Notes: generated by a model from the letters alone, not told the origin. DNA of 64,000 nucleotides from Sphyrna mokarran (GCA_024679065.1 JAGIQG010000008.1:69812001-69876000); one strand, 5' to 3'; numbered from the stretch's first letter, positions 26,330 to 38,844 are shown. Program-made: numbers and translations.

Positions 26330-26541
26330 TTGTAACCACATACATTTACCATGGTTAATGCACCTACCTTATAAATCTTTGAATTTTGGGAGGAAACCAT
26401 CCAGAGGAAACCCATGCAGACATGGGGAAAATATGCAAACATTTGGGAAAATGTGCAAACAGTCACCTGAAGCTGGAATTGAGCCTGGGTCCCTGGCACT
26501 GTGAGGCAGTAGTGCTGACCACTGTGCCACCATATCATCCC
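26330..26541 (-). mobile_element. HE1-like V-SINE
   Basis: Same head (GTGGCACAGTGG..CTGCCTCACAGTGCCAGGGACCC) and V-domain as other copies. Confidence 0.8.
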
Positions 26542-26669
26542 ACATGCCACCATATTTTAGTACCCTCTAAATGCCACAAAATCTCCCTTCACTGCAGTTG
26601 GGTACATTCTATTGTGCATTTTAGTTGTTACAAAATAGGAAATTAAGAAGTTAGTACAGAAGAAACAAT

Positions 26670-26796
26670 GGATGGAATTTTATGGCCTCACTTGTCCCAA
26701 AAGCGTAAAATCCTACCTGAGGTCAACAGACATTCCCATTGTCCACCCCTCACTCGCTCTGATTCCCATGGTGGGCAAAGCGATAAAATTCTGACC
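26670..26796 (+). mobile_element. ~130 bp MITE, copy 2
   Basis: TIRs GGATGGAATTTTAT / ATAAAATTCTGACC; homologous to 4859-4986. Confidence 0.7.
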
Positions 26797-27409
26797 ATAA
26801 CAATGAAGATCACCAAATTCACTACAGTTACTGAAACATGAACCAAGTAAGTTGATCTCTAAAACACTAATCTAACTCCCAGAACAATCTTAAAATCATA
26901 ATCTTACCTATTAAGTACATAAATCATTAGCCCAACAATATTGTTATATGTTACATGACATAACACTGCTTGTTGTTAGAAAATGGCAGATGCTCTCACT
27001 CACTGTAAGCAGTCCCATGGGCAATCGACTAGTACATATAAAATAGTTGCATCAACTATGTATTTTTATTACCCTTCAACTTCGCACTAAGTTGTATAGA
27101 CACTCTGGCACTTCACTTGATTGGCTGAAATTTCATATTCAGGAAACAGCAACAAAAACAAGTAAACAGATACAGATCATTTGATGCAAACATGTAGAAA
27201 GTGGACAGACAGAATTTCTACTCAGGATCTATGAAAAGACTAACCAATATGGCCAGAAGTTTCCTTGCAGGCTTTGGGACCCCACCATCATGGTCAAATG
27301 GGGATCAGAGACAACATTGTGACCTGCCTCTGATTTTCCCTGAATTGGCTAATTGGAGCCAAAGGGCAGGCTCGCTGTCGAATGAAGGAAGTCTTCTAGC
27401 ATTGAAGAA

Positions 27410-29435
27410 GTAACAACTAAATGAGAGCAGTACGTCTCCAAGGCCAGATTGGTTGTTTCTGAAGCTGTTGAAGGAGGTCAGGGAGAACATAGCAGATACT
27501 CTGAGGATGATTTTCCAATCCTCACTGAATACAGAGGTACTGGAAGATTGGAGAAATGCAAATATAGTTGCATTGTTTAAAAAGGGATTGAAGGAAATGC
27601 CAAACAGTTATAGGCCAAATAGTCTTACATCTGTGGTGGGCAAATTAGCAGAATCAATTCTGAGCGATAGGATTAATTGTCACATAGAAAGGCATAGATT
27701 TAGGGATGTCAAGGATGGTCAGCATGGATTTGTTGAAGGAAGGTCTTGCCTCACAAACTTGATCAAACTCTTTAAGGAGGTGCCGAGAAGGGTTATGAAA
27801 GTAGTGCAGTAGATATTGTGAACATAGATTTTAGCTAGGTGTTTGACAAAGTTTCCAAATGGCAGATTGGTCAAAAAAGTAAATGTCCTTGCCATTCAGG
27901 GTAATGTGGCAAACTGGATCAAAAATTGCCTTAGTGATAGGAAACAAAAGGTAATGGTCAATGGATGCCCTTGCAACTGAAAGGTTATCTCAAGAGATGT
28001 TCCACAGGGTTCAGTATTGCTTTTGTTTTATATATTAACAATTTGGAAGTTAATATGAGGGTTACAATTGGAAAATTTCCTGACAACACATAGATTGGCC
28101 GAGCAATGGATAGTGTAGAGGATAGTTATAATCTACAGAATGATATTGATTAGTTGATGGATTGGGCAATAAAGTGGCAGATGGATTTTAACATAGAGAA
28201 GTGTGAGGCAATGCATTTAGGGAGGTTAAACAGTTAGAGAGAATACACAATAAATGTGAATATACTAAAAAGGGTAAATTGTTAAGACTCAGACCAGAAA
28301 CTCCAAGGTGTTTTATGAAGTTAGCCTAGACTCCAAGTTTTACATTTGATTTTGGCACGGGTGAACATAAAGTGTATCACTCCAGGTATGATTCAAGAAA
28401 ACTTTTATTAAACAGTTTATTTAAGGACACATTTAAAATATAACAAAAAGAATTAGCATAACTTTTACCAATTACAAGTCTTAAACATGACACAATATAA
28501 TTCCTAACAGCTGGCTATGTTCGTTGTTCCAAGTTAAACATCATCATACAGATATACAACCTTCTTCAGGCTTAGCACAAAAAGAAGTATACTTACGTGA
28601 TGCTGGATGTTCAGCTTTTTAACACCTCTGAAAATTGGTTCTTTGAATGTTGGATCAATTCTTGGAGGCTTCCCAGTAATGAAACTTTCAGAAACTCTCT
28701 GGAAAGAGAGAGTGAGAGAGACAGAGAGATACTGCCTTCTTCCACTTTCTTCTTGCAGTAACTGAGAAACGAAACTAAAAACTTGGAATGCTCTGTTTAA
28801 AAAAAAGCTGTCCCCTCCCAAATGACCTGACCTGTCAATCATGCCCAAATCAAGCTTCACTCAGCAATCCCCAAAGGACCATTAAAACTCCAGAACACTG
28901 TACTAGGCCAGATTAAAACCAAAATGATATCAATTATACTGCCTCAATAATAATATAAGACACAGGTTGGGGAAAACATGGTGGTGACAAACTGTCAGGG
29001 ACTGCAGAAACATCCTGCAGAAAAATATGATTAAAATACATTTCTTAAAGGCACAGTACCAGCACAAAATGAAGTGAGAGATTTTGACCTCTAAAGGCAG
29101 CAGTTCAAGTAGGCAAGGTTGTAAAGAAGGCATTTGAAATGCTCTTCTTCATTGGCAGAATAATAGAATATAATAGTAAGGATATAATGTTGAAATTGTA
29201 TAAAACATTGGTGAGGCCACACTGGAATATTGTGTGCAGCTCTGGTTGCCATATTACAGGAAGGTTATAACTGCTGTGAAGTGAATGCAGAGAAAGTTTA
29301 CAAGAATGTTGCCAAGGCGATAAAAGTGTAGCTATGAGGAAAGATTGGATAGATTGGGGTTATTTCCTTGGAATAAAGAAGGCTGATGGTGTGATTTGAT
29401 AGAAGTGTACAAAATTATGAAGGGAAAAGACAGAG
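27410..29435 (+). mobile_element. Older CR1 LINE RT region, split by a solo LTR
   Basis: ORF 27453-27812 ([29 protein letters not shown]) and downstream decayed RT motifs. Confidence 0.9.
28280..29066 (-). mobile_element. Solo LTR (787 bp) with 4-bp TSD
   Basis: TG...CA termini; AAAT at 28276-28279 and 29067-29070; removing it restores the CR1 frame ILKRVNEVRD; AATAAA signals on the minus strand. Confidence 0.85.
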
Positions 29436-29919
29436 TTGTCACTGAGCTGTCAGGCCACAATTCTTAAGAGGATCCCCTCTGCTACCTGGTGGCCTGAGGC
29501 TGTAGTTGCAGGGAGAACTTCTCAGCTTGGCTCCTGGTCTGCTGCCAGGAGTCCACCTTCAGGCAACTCCACTGTTTCCCAATGTTTCCAGCTACTTGGA
29601 GACCACTTGGAAAACTCCCGTTGGTTTCAACCATAGACTTTAACAGACCTTAGTAAAGTTAATTTGTTACCCAATACTTGCCTTGTTTATCCCACCACGC
29701 CCTTATCAATCCCAATGATGGAAAAATGATGTATGGGGTAGGATGCAGGCAAGAAATCAGCAAACAATCTGGCAGGGAATTCCGCATCCTGCTCACCAAG
29801 GCCTGAAATCATCAACTCATACAATCTGCAAAATCTCGTGATAAATGAAGGGGACAAGAGAATTGATTAAAAGAAATAATTTCTTAACTGCAAATTGTGC
29901 TCTTGACAGAAGTCTCAAC

Positions 29920-30480
29920 AATACTTTGCATTTATATAATGCCTTTAACATAGTACAGCATCCCAAGATACATTAGCAGAGCATTTTGGACACTGAGCCA
30001 ATAGGGCACTGAGTTAATAGGAGAAGACAGATGATTGAAAAAGTCAAAGAAGCAGGGTTAAGGAGCATCTGAGTGGAGAAGAGAGGTAGAAATTGGAGCT
30101 ATTTAGAAAGAGAATTCTAAAGCTTAGGGCCTAGAAAGTTAAAGGGCAGATGCCAATATAGAATGGAGGAAATCAGGAATACACAAAAAGCAGAAGTGGG
30201 GGAATTGCAGAGCTTTCATAGGATTGTAAGGTTGGAGAAAGTCACAGAGGTAGAGAATGGCCAATGGCATGGAAGAATTTGAACACAAGGGATGCAAATT
30301 TTAACTTTGCTGGATTAGGAGCTAATGTAAGTCAGTGAGCACAAAAGTTGATGGGAGAATAGGACTTAGTACAAGTCAGTGTATAGGTAGCAGAGCTTTA
30401 AATGAACTGAAGTTTAGGAAATATGGAAGGTGGATTATTAGCCAGGATAACATTGGAATAGTCAAGTCTGGAATACATTT
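29920..30480 (-). mobile_element. Old L2-like LINE 3' fragment
   Basis: Begins TTGCATTTATATAATGCCTTTAAC (reverse of a typical L2 tail); homologous to 62230-62950. Confidence 0.55.
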
Positions 30481-30789
30481 GTGGAAAGCACAAACGGCCA
30501 TTTAAAGAAAATGCCAAGATTTTGTTGTAGACCTTGTCTGCAAATGTGGAATTATTGAACAGAAAGACCACTAGGATATTTCTGTCTAGAACAAGGTAAA
30601 TATGAGCTGTTAACCTTTTCTAAAGTAAATCTTAAAGAAAATGTATTTATAACTCATCCTTCCTCAAGAGCATTATACTAGGTTAATGTGTCACAACTGG
30701 GAAGTGGGTTGTCTTTTCTACTTCTTCACTTCTTTCTTTCAGTCTGTGTAACACTTTTCTATAACATTACATTCCACTGCACCAATTAC

Positions 30790-30943
30790 TCAATTTTATA
30801 AATTAAGTTTGTATCTTTACTTGCCCTGTTTGTGAACAGCGCTCCCACTTACCTGATGAAGGAGCAGTGCTCTGAAATTTAGTGACTTCTGCTACCAAAT
30901 AAACCTGTTGGACTTTAACCTGGTGTTGTGAAACTTTTTACCC
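30790..30943 (+). mobile_element. Penelope pLTR fragment with degenerate hammerhead motif
   Basis: CTGATGA-A-GGAGC-AGT-GCTCT-GAAA at 30853-30877, then AATAAACCTGTTGGACT shared with the 39327-39538 element. Confidence 0.7.
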
Positions 30944-31239
30944 AATTATTACACCCAGGTTAATCCATAGCTTAATTTTAATTCCCATGCTTCCATCTTC
31001 TGTCAACTCTGACCCCAGATAGTTGCAGAAACTCATTTTCTCCAGGTCTTCCACCTATAACTTTCCCTAAACTCAAACTGACAGTCCAAAAATTGGATCA
31101 TTTGTCCATTTATTGTCAAACCCTGTCTGCCATGGCTTTTGTCCAATTCATGATGTAGAGATGCCGGCATTGGACTGGGGTAAACTCAGTAAAGTCCGGC
31201 AACACCAATGTTAAATCCAACCAATTTATTTGATAGTAA

Positions 31240-31280
31240 ATCTGTGAGCTTTCGGCCTTTGTGGCCTTCGTCAGGCAAAT
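31240..31280 (-). ncRNA. Minimal type-I hammerhead ribozyme motif
   Basis: Minus strand: AUUUGC CUGACGA A GGCC ACAAA GGCC GAAA GCUC ACAGAU. Confidence 0.75.
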
Positions 31281-31300
31281 GAGATGTTCTGGTCTCCAGG

Positions 31301-31498
31301 CAAAACAGTTCCCTTCCTGTGGGCGAACACTTTAGCAGTCACGGGCATTCGGCCTCCGACCTTCGGGTAAATGTTCTTCAAGGGAGCCTTCATGACACAC
31401 GACAGCGCAGAGTCGCTGAGCAGAGACTGATAGCCAAGTTCCGCACACATGAGGATGGTCTTAACAGGGATCTTGGCTTCATGTCACACTATCTGTAA
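31301..31498 (+). pseudogene. Penelope GIY-YIG endonuclease C-terminal fragment (open frame, no start codon)
   Basis: QNSSLPVGEHFSSHGHSASDLRVNVLQGSLHDTRQRRVAEQRLIAKFRTHEDGLNRDLGFMSHYL*, with the HF...H, E..LI and GLN motifs. Confidence 0.85.
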
Positions 31499-31691
31499 CC
31501 CCCATGACTTGCCTGGGTTAGTAAAAAACCTCACTTACTGTGCTGTCTGGAGACAATACACATCCCTCTAACCTCTGCTGTTAGCCACTTTAAGACTTGA
31601 ATGGCAGGTTAGGTGTAAGGATTCGCATTCTAATCAGCAAACTGTAAACTGTCTGTGCTGATATGTGTGCTTTTGGAGATCAGAACACCTC

Positions 31692-31732
31692 ATTCACCTG
31701 ACGAAGGCCACAAAGGCCGAAAGCTCGCAGAT
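31692..31732 (+). ncRNA. Minimal type-I hammerhead ribozyme motif
   Basis: AUUCAC CUGACGA A GGCC ACAAA GGCC GAAA GCUC GCAGAU; core intact, stem I partly mismatched. Confidence 0.7.
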
Positions 31733-31829
31733 TTACTATCAAATAAATCAGTTGGATTTAAAATTGGTGTTGCCAGACTTTACTGAGTTTACCCCAGTCC
31801 AATGCCGGCATCTCTACATCATCTCATCA

Positions 31830-32050
31830 TCCCCACCACATAGTTCAATGTTATTTGCAAACATCATTGATCAATCCACTTTCTGCCTCATGTGCTTAGT
31901 TAGGACTTCCATGACATTCAGGAAGAGGGAGGGGCTCAGTGCTGATTCTGGATGCAATCCAACTGTGACTTTGAAACTCTCACTCTTCCTCTACACATTT
32001 GTTTGTCACTCTTGTCTGGTACTCCTTGTATTTTTCCTGTGTTGAATGGT
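31830..32050 (-). mobile_element. RTE-clade LINE RT fragment
   Basis: Minus-strand FKVTVGLHPESALSPSLFLNVMEVLTK resembles the RTE motif VGLHQGSALSPFLF..VMD. Confidence 0.7.
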
Positions 32051-32224
32051 CAATGTCTCACTTAGAAAGAATTTGCAATTCTATGCTTCCTTTCTTTTCT
32101 AACCATGATGTAGTCCCGCTGTGTTTCTTCAACTTATTGCTGTAGTTTATAAGGTGGTTTCTGCAGTTTTGGTATTTAGTATAATAAGTGAGTATGACAT
32201 GGCAGACTCCAGATCTTGACACTT

Positions 32225-33400
32225 TCTTCTGAGGAACATTTGAGGACCCTGGGTCTGTACTTGAGTTTAGAAGGATGAGAGGGGATCTCATTGAAACTTA
32301 CATAATTCTGAAAGGCCTGGATAGAGTGGATGTGGGGAAGATGTTTCCATTAATAGATGAGATGAGTTTCAGAATAAAGGGACAATCATTTAGAACCAAA
32401 ATGAGAAGGAATTTCTTCAGCCAAAAGGCAGTGAATCTATATATTTTCATTGCTGCAGAAGGCTGTGGAGGCCAGATCATTAAGGATTTTCAAGACAGAG
32501 AAAGATAAGTTCTTGATTGGTAAGGGGATCAAAGGTTAAGGGGAAAAGGTGTGAGAATGGGGTTAAGAAACTTATCAGCCATGATTGAATGGCAGAATAG
32601 TCTCAATGGGCCAAAAGAGTATTTCTAGAGAAATGGCAGAGAAATTAAACAAATACTTTGTGCCTATTCCCAGATGAGGTGAGTTTGACTGTCCTTGACA
32701 TCAAGCAAAACTAGACTTAATGGGAATCAAGGGAAAACCTTCCACTGGTTGGAGTCATACCTGTCACAAAGGAAAATGATTGTGATGGTTGGAGATCAAT
32801 CATCTTAGTTCCAAGACATAACTGCAGGAGTTTCTCAGGTGAGTGTCAGCTGTTTCATCAATAACCTGTTTTTCCTTAGAGCACATGGGATTAGGGGTAA
32901 TATACCTGCATGGATTGAGACTTGGTTAACAGACAGAAAACAGAGTGGAAATAAATGGATCACTTTCAGGATGGCAGGCTATGATTAGTGAAGTATCAAA
33001 AGGTGCAAGTGTTAATGCTTGGGCCCCAGCTATTCACAATCTATAATAATGATTTGGATTTGAAGTCCAAATGTAATATTTCCAAGCAGCAAGGTTTCAT
33101 GGGGACTTAGATAGGCTAAATAAGTGAGAAAATTCATGGCTGACAGAGTAGACAATGTACAAGTATGAAGTTATCAACTTTATTCGGAAAAATATGCACA
33201 GCATTTTTAAATGGTGAAAAATTGAGATATGCTGATGTCCAAAGAGAGTTGGATTCATTTTTCATAAATTACCAGAAACGAATATGCAATGAAGCAAACA
33301 ATTAGGAAGGCAAATGGTATGCTGGTCTTTATTACATGGGGATATGAGTATAGGAATAAAAAAGTATTGCTGCCATTGTAAGGTTCCTTGGTCAGCACCC
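32225..33400 (+). mobile_element. Cluster of CR1-type fragments (3' end, then RT pieces)
   Basis: MRGDLIETYIILKGLDRVDVGKMFPL in ORF 32275-32508; further decayed GIRG..WI..WL.DRKQ motifs. Confidence 0.8.
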
Positions 33401-33429
33401 CTCCCCCACCCAATTCCTTCTTGAATCGA

Positions 33430-33795
33430 AGTAAATTGTCCACATGTCATTTTTTTTTAAGTAACAATGTTCTTTGTCTCCAACTTCAGGAACATGACAT
33501 GACCATGATGTACAGAACAAATATGTTTCACACTTCTCTTTTATTTCTAGCTTTACTTTGATGATTCTGTTACTGATTCTGTCCACTGTCAGAACTTTGT
33601 CTTTTATTTCTTCACCTAATACTCCAACATCATTTCTTCTCCAATTTTGTCCATGATGTTAAAGTTTATATCCATTACCAATTTCTCTTAGTTCTACTTT
33701 TGTTTCCTGAAGACCCATGATGTGCATCCCTTTTTTTACCATCAGGTCAGTTACTTCACTGCTTCTCCCTGTCAGGCTATTAATATTTGTTATTT
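33430..33795 (-). mobile_element. RTE-clade LINE AP-endonuclease fragment
   Basis: Minus-strand NINSLTGRSSEVTDLM and DRISNRIIKVKLEI. Confidence 0.65.
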
Positions 33796-33808
33796 TGAGC
33801 TTGGTCAT

Positions 33809-34011
33809 TGTGGTGATTGTTCCTTTAAGGGCAACACAGCAGAGTAAGGTTCACATGGCCTGGGTGACTAATGGGAACTAATAGGGAATCACTCCTGTTA
33901 GGCAGGAGACATATTGGAGGCTAGCTACAGCCATGCGGCTGCTGTATAATTCTTATGAATAAATCCTTCTAATTAAGTTTCTATAAGTGCATCTTTGCAG
34001 TCATCTTTTCA
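33809..34011 (+). mobile_element. Probable short solo LTR
   Basis: Starts TGTGGTGATTGTTCCTTTAAG, contains AATAAA, ends CA; 5' end shared with the copy at 38636. No clear TSD. Confidence 0.5.
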
Positions 34012-34398
34012 CTCCTCCTTCAGACTTTGCCTTTAACACTCATTGTCTATAGGTCAAGCATCCTCTCCCATTGCTCACAGAGACCTTGTATGTCACTTGT
34101 GGGGTAACTGTAATATGGGTGTCATTTCCATTCATTTCAATCATCAAACGGATTTGGAGGCTGGTTTATCAGAATATCCTTCTTGCCACTAACCTTCCCC
34201 ATTTATCGGAGTTTGGAACATGCATTGATACACGGTGACTTGCTTGCACCAGTGGCTGGATTGGCAAATGGGTTGTATATAATTAAACGAATTTTGAGCA
34301 AGCCAGAACATACTCTGAACTCAAATCAAAATGACTGGACTCTCTATTCTTGCAGTTATTTTTCATTTCAATTCCATGTAGAATGAATGTCTAAACAT

Positions 34399-35246
34399 GG
34401 ATGGGATCCTCCCAGCCCACTGCACTGCCCAAGTAGTGCAGCAAGCAGGGAGACATCAACAGATGGCCCCTGGTGCAACCCGTGACTAGTGTACAGTTGA
34501 TCACAAATCTCTCAGGCCCCTTTTTCTGATGAAATTAGCATTTCCAAATGATTAGCAGGCCTAGGATGGTATTTTTTGGGCCCACAGGCATCTACCTCTT
34601 CCAAGAGTAGTTCCCACCAATGGACTGGACAACTGCTCCCTGCTAATGAGAAAAGGCGCTCTCACCCGACTGATGCTGACAAAGACTATTGAGCTCCACT
34701 TGGGAGGTTGGGGCAGCACCAGCCTGTCACCCTGACACTGCTCAAGGTGCATTCTGGCACCAGCCATTAGGCATTGCGAAGGGGGCGAAGTCAGAGGTGA
34801 CAGGGCGCATGCGGGGGTGGGTGGGGAGCTGATGATCGACGATGGGGGAACCCACTGCCATTCTGCAAGTGGAATTGGTGGGGTTTGGAGGGAGGGGTCA
34901 ATTGGAGTTAGCCGGGGGAAGAGGGGTGGAATTCAGGATGCCAGTGACGGTGGGTGTCGGGGGGCTTGCAATCAGAAGACGGGGGAAGGCCACTGATCTA
35001 GAGGCCAGTGATAGGGGAGAGGTGCATGCACTGATTTCCGCATTGTCAGATCAGCACATGCACAGCGGCCCTCTCAGCATGACACCACTGGCCCCTTACT
35101 TTCTTGCATGAGTCTCTCTACAGCACTCTACATTGCATACACTGTTAGTATTTCATTCCAGTAAATGCGGCCAAAAAATAGGCAGGATATTCACCCGTTT
35201 TCCTGCCTGTTGGGACTTAGTTTTTTTTTTGGGAGAATGCTAGCCA
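34399..35246. mobile_element. GC-rich non-autonomous DNA element with Harbinger-type imperfect TIRs
   Basis: Left GGATGGGATCCTCCCA versus reverse complement of right GGCTAGCATTCTCCCA; GC-rich body within AT-rich flanks. Confidence 0.5.
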
Positions 35247-35378
35247 ATGATTTCAAAATTAAAGAGTCTTATGAAGATAGCCTAAATATTCCCAATCTAT
35301 TCATCATGGGAGAGACAAAACGACTCTCTAAATTGGTGAAGTCACATTTGTAGCCTAAACTAGCCATCTACATTTTTA

Positions 35379-35988
35379 CCGAAAACGGAAAATGTTGGAA
35401 AATCTCAGCAGGTCTGACAGCATCTGTGGGGAGAGAATAGAGCCAATGTTTCGAGTCTGGATGACCCTTCATCAGAGCTAAGAAAATCAACAGAGATATA
35501 TATTATTGGAGTGGGGTGGAGGGGAGTGTGGGATGGGACTTGGACAAAGGGAACATAAATGAGGATTCAGAAAGCTGAGAAGGTATTAAGAATGTCTATT
35601 AAGTGATCAGAATGTGAGAATGGCAGAGCAGAGGTACAGATTGTTAAAGGACTGCCTGAGGGATGTAAAAATCATTCTGAACTCTCTCCACTACCTTCAC
35701 CCCATTTCCATTTATCTATTTCATCTCATCTCATTTATCCATTTTATCATCGTTCTTTCTCACTTCAATTTTCCCACTTCTCCATTCCAGCTCTCCTTCT
35801 TTTCACCACCACTGTCCACCACTGCCCCCCCCCACCCCCACAAGACATTATACCTGCCACAGGATTACCAGGTATTTCAGTGTTAAAGCAGTCAGCAACA
35901 TTTTCTGACGGCAACATATTAGCTACTGGGGCACCTCGTTCCTATTTTTGTTTCAGATTCAGATTCCAACATCTCAGTATTTTGCTTT
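35379..35988. mobile_element. TSD-bounded Penelope-derived insertion containing an inverted copy of flanking DNA
   Basis: CATCTACATTTTTA (35365-35378) / CATCCATATTTTTA (35989-36002); inverted pLTR at left; pLTR terminus TTTGTTTCAGATTC..TATTTTGCTTT at right. Confidence 0.75.
35441..35479 (-). ncRNA. Minimal type-I hammerhead ribozyme motif
   Basis: Minus strand: AGCU CUGAUGA A GGGUC AUCCA GACUC GAAA CAUU GGCU; stem III palindrome ACGU appears decayed to ACAU. Confidence 0.65.
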
Positions 35989-36474
35989 CATCCATATTTT
36001 TAAGTGTGTCCTAAAAAAGCAGTCAAGAGGCCAGAATTGTATTCTTCCTTTTTGGCTACTGGATCACTCTATATGCAAAAACAGAAGTCCTGCCAGCAGA
36101 GTTATTAATGAACGGTTGTCTCAGAACGAGTCTGAGCCTTGTATTTCCAAATTTGCCAGGGAAGGTAGAGGCATGCCAAATCAGTCGGAAGGCAAACCAT
36201 GATTCATCCCAGTCAAAATGGTTGTTTCCAATGGATGGCACAGTGTATATGAGGAATTTCGTTAGAGGGTCGATTTGGGTCCCTGAAATCAATGTCTTTA
36301 AAACTGGACTACTGTCTTATCAAGTGGGCATAGAAGGAACAATCATCTGAAAACACATAGACCATTTTAGGAAAAGAATGAGGTGCCCCAGTAGCTAATA
36401 TGTTGCCATCAGAAAATGTTGCTGACTGCTTTAACACTGAAATACCTGGTAATCCTGTGGCAGGTATAATGTCT
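35843..36474. repeat. 99-bp inverted duplication (35843-35941 versus 36376-36474)
   Basis: Manual alignment gives 97/99 identity; both differences are CpG/TpG transitions. Confidence 0.95.
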
Positions 36475-36477
36475 CCA

Positions 36478-38415
36478 TAAGAAGCTAAGAACATAAGAAA
36501 TAGGAGCAGGAATAGGCCATCTAGCCACTCGAACTTGCTGTGCCATTCAATAAGATCATAGCTGATCTGATAGTGGTTCAGTCCCACTTACCCGCCTGCT
36601 CCCCATAACCCTTAATTCCCTTATTGGTCAAAAATCTATCTATCTGTGACACATTTAACCAGGTAGCCTTCACTGCTTCAATGGGCAGAGAATTCCAAAG
36701 ATTCACTACCCTCTGGAAGAAGAAGTTCCTCCTCAACTCTGTTCTAAATTGACTCCCTCTTATTTTGAAGCTATGCTCTCTAGTTCTTATTTCCATTCTA
36801 AGTGGAAATAATCTCTCTGCTTCTACTGTATCTAGCCCCTTCATTATCTTGTAAATCTCTATAAGATGCCCCCTCAGCCTTCTAAACTCCAATGAGGACC
36901 AATCTACTCAATCTCTCCTCATAAGCTAACCCCCTCATCTCTGGAATCAACCTGGTGAACCTTTTCTGCACTCTGTCCAAGGCCAATATATCCTTTCGTA
37001 AATAAGGGAACCAAAATTGCACACAGTATTCCAGTTGCGGCCTCACCAATCCCTTATACAATTGCAGCAAGAACTCCCTATTTTTATATTCCATCCCTCT
37101 CGAGATAAAGAACATTCCATTTGCCTTCTTGATCACCTGCTGCACCTGCAAACTAAGTTTTTGTGATTCATGCTCAAGGACCCCCAGGTTCCTCTGCACA
37201 ATAGCATGTTGTAATTTTTCACCATTTAAATAATAATCCATTTTACTATTATTCATTCCAAAGTGGATAACTTCACACTTGCCAGCGTTATACTCAATCT
37301 GCCAAATCCTTGCCCACTCACTTAGCCTTTCCAAATCTCTCTGAAGATTTTCTGTGTCCTACATGCAATTTACTTTCCCACTCATCTTTGTGTCAGCCAC
37401 AAATTTTGTTACCCTATACTCAGTCCCCTCCTCCAGATTGTCTATGTATATGGCAAACAGTTGAGACCCCAGCACTGATCCCTGCGGCACTCCACCAACT
37501 GCCAACCAAAAAAGCACCCATTTATTCCAACTCTCTGCTTCCTGTTCGATAGCCAATCCTCAATCCACACTAACACTTTACCCCCAACTCCGTGTACTTT
37601 AATCTTATGCAGCAACCTTCTGTGAGGCACCTTATCCTTCTGGAAATCTAAAAACACCACAAACACCGGTTCCCCTCTGTCAACTGCACTCGTTACATCT
37701 TCATAAAACTCCAGTAAATTCATCAAACATGATTTTCCCTTCATAAATTCATCTGTGTCTGCTTGATTGAACCATTCTTTGCCAGGTAACCTGCTAATTC
37801 TTTCTTAATGATAGATTCCAGCATTTTCTCAACTACGGACGTTAAGCTAACCGACCTGTAGTTACCTATCTTTTGTCTATCTCCTTCTTTAAACAATGGC
37901 ATTACGTTAGCTGTTTTCCAATGAGCTGGCACTTCCCCGGAGTCCAGTGAATTTTGATAAATTACTACTAATGCATCTGTTATTACTTCTGTCGTTTCTT
38001 TTAGTACTCTGGGATGGATTCCATCCTGACCCGGGGACTTGTCTACCTTTAGTCCCATTAGCCTATCAAGCATACCTCTTTAGTAATAGTAATCATTTTA
38101 AGGTCCTCAACCCTGACAGTCCCATGACTGTCAATTATCAGTACACTATTTGTGTCCTCAACTGTGAAGATCAATACAAAAAACTTGTTTCTCATTATTA
38201 AATTCCCCTTCTCATCTTCTAAGGGTCCAACATTTACTTTAGCCACTCTTTTCCATTTTATATATTTGTAAAAACTTTTATTATCAGTTTTTATGTTTCG
38301 TGCTAGTTTAGTTTCATAATCTATTTTTCCATTCTTTATTGCTTTCTTAGTGGTTCTTTGTTTTTTAAAGCTTTCCCAATCTTCTATTTCCCCACTAATT
38401 TTGGCCACTCTGTAT
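36478..38415 (-). mobile_element. CR1 LINE (second subfamily), 5'-truncated and frameshifted
   Basis: ORFs 38058-38471, 37741-38073, 37442-37744, 36882-37334 and 36578-36892 carry CR1 RT motifs; tail of (TTCTTAT/G)-type repeats. Confidence 0.93.
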
Positions 38416-38635
38416 GCAAACTGCCTATACCTGAAGAAGCAACGATCATTGTGGTTTTTAGCTGACAGCAATCCTATGGAAGTGCCTCAGACAGAGGAGT
38501 TATGGCACTCGACAAGGATCCAGAATCCACCAAAAGACTTATATTTGGCTAAATTCATGTACTAAATGTTTAACTATCTTCCGCTATGTAAATTGAGTAT
38601 TGATGTTTGTATAAAAAGACGTAGAGGAGGAGGGA

Positions 38636-38844
38636 TGTGGTGATTGTCCCTTTAGGGATTAATCTTTGGAAAAAGAGTCACATGACTCAGAAATGATCAG
38701 GAAGAAGAGAGGTGGACTCCCATACTTAGAGTTATCTTGGTAGCTGATTGCAGCCACAAGGCTGCAAGCCTCTGAATAGTTTTCACCTGTAAATAAACGA
38801 GTCATGTTTTCCCTGAACCAGTGACTAGCATCGATTGGATTTCC
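38636..38844 (+). mobile_element. Probable short solo LTR
   Basis: Starts TGTGGTGATTGTCCCTTTAG, contains GTCACATGAC and AATAAA, ends near CA; related to 33809-34011. Confidence 0.5.

Larger units (their letters stand above)
31150..31822 (+). mobile_element. 5'-truncated Penelope-like element with 149-bp inverted pLTR arms
   Basis: Arms 31150-31298 and 31674-31822 are reverse complements; they enclose a GIY-YIG C-terminus and each carries a hammerhead motif. Confidence 0.9.
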
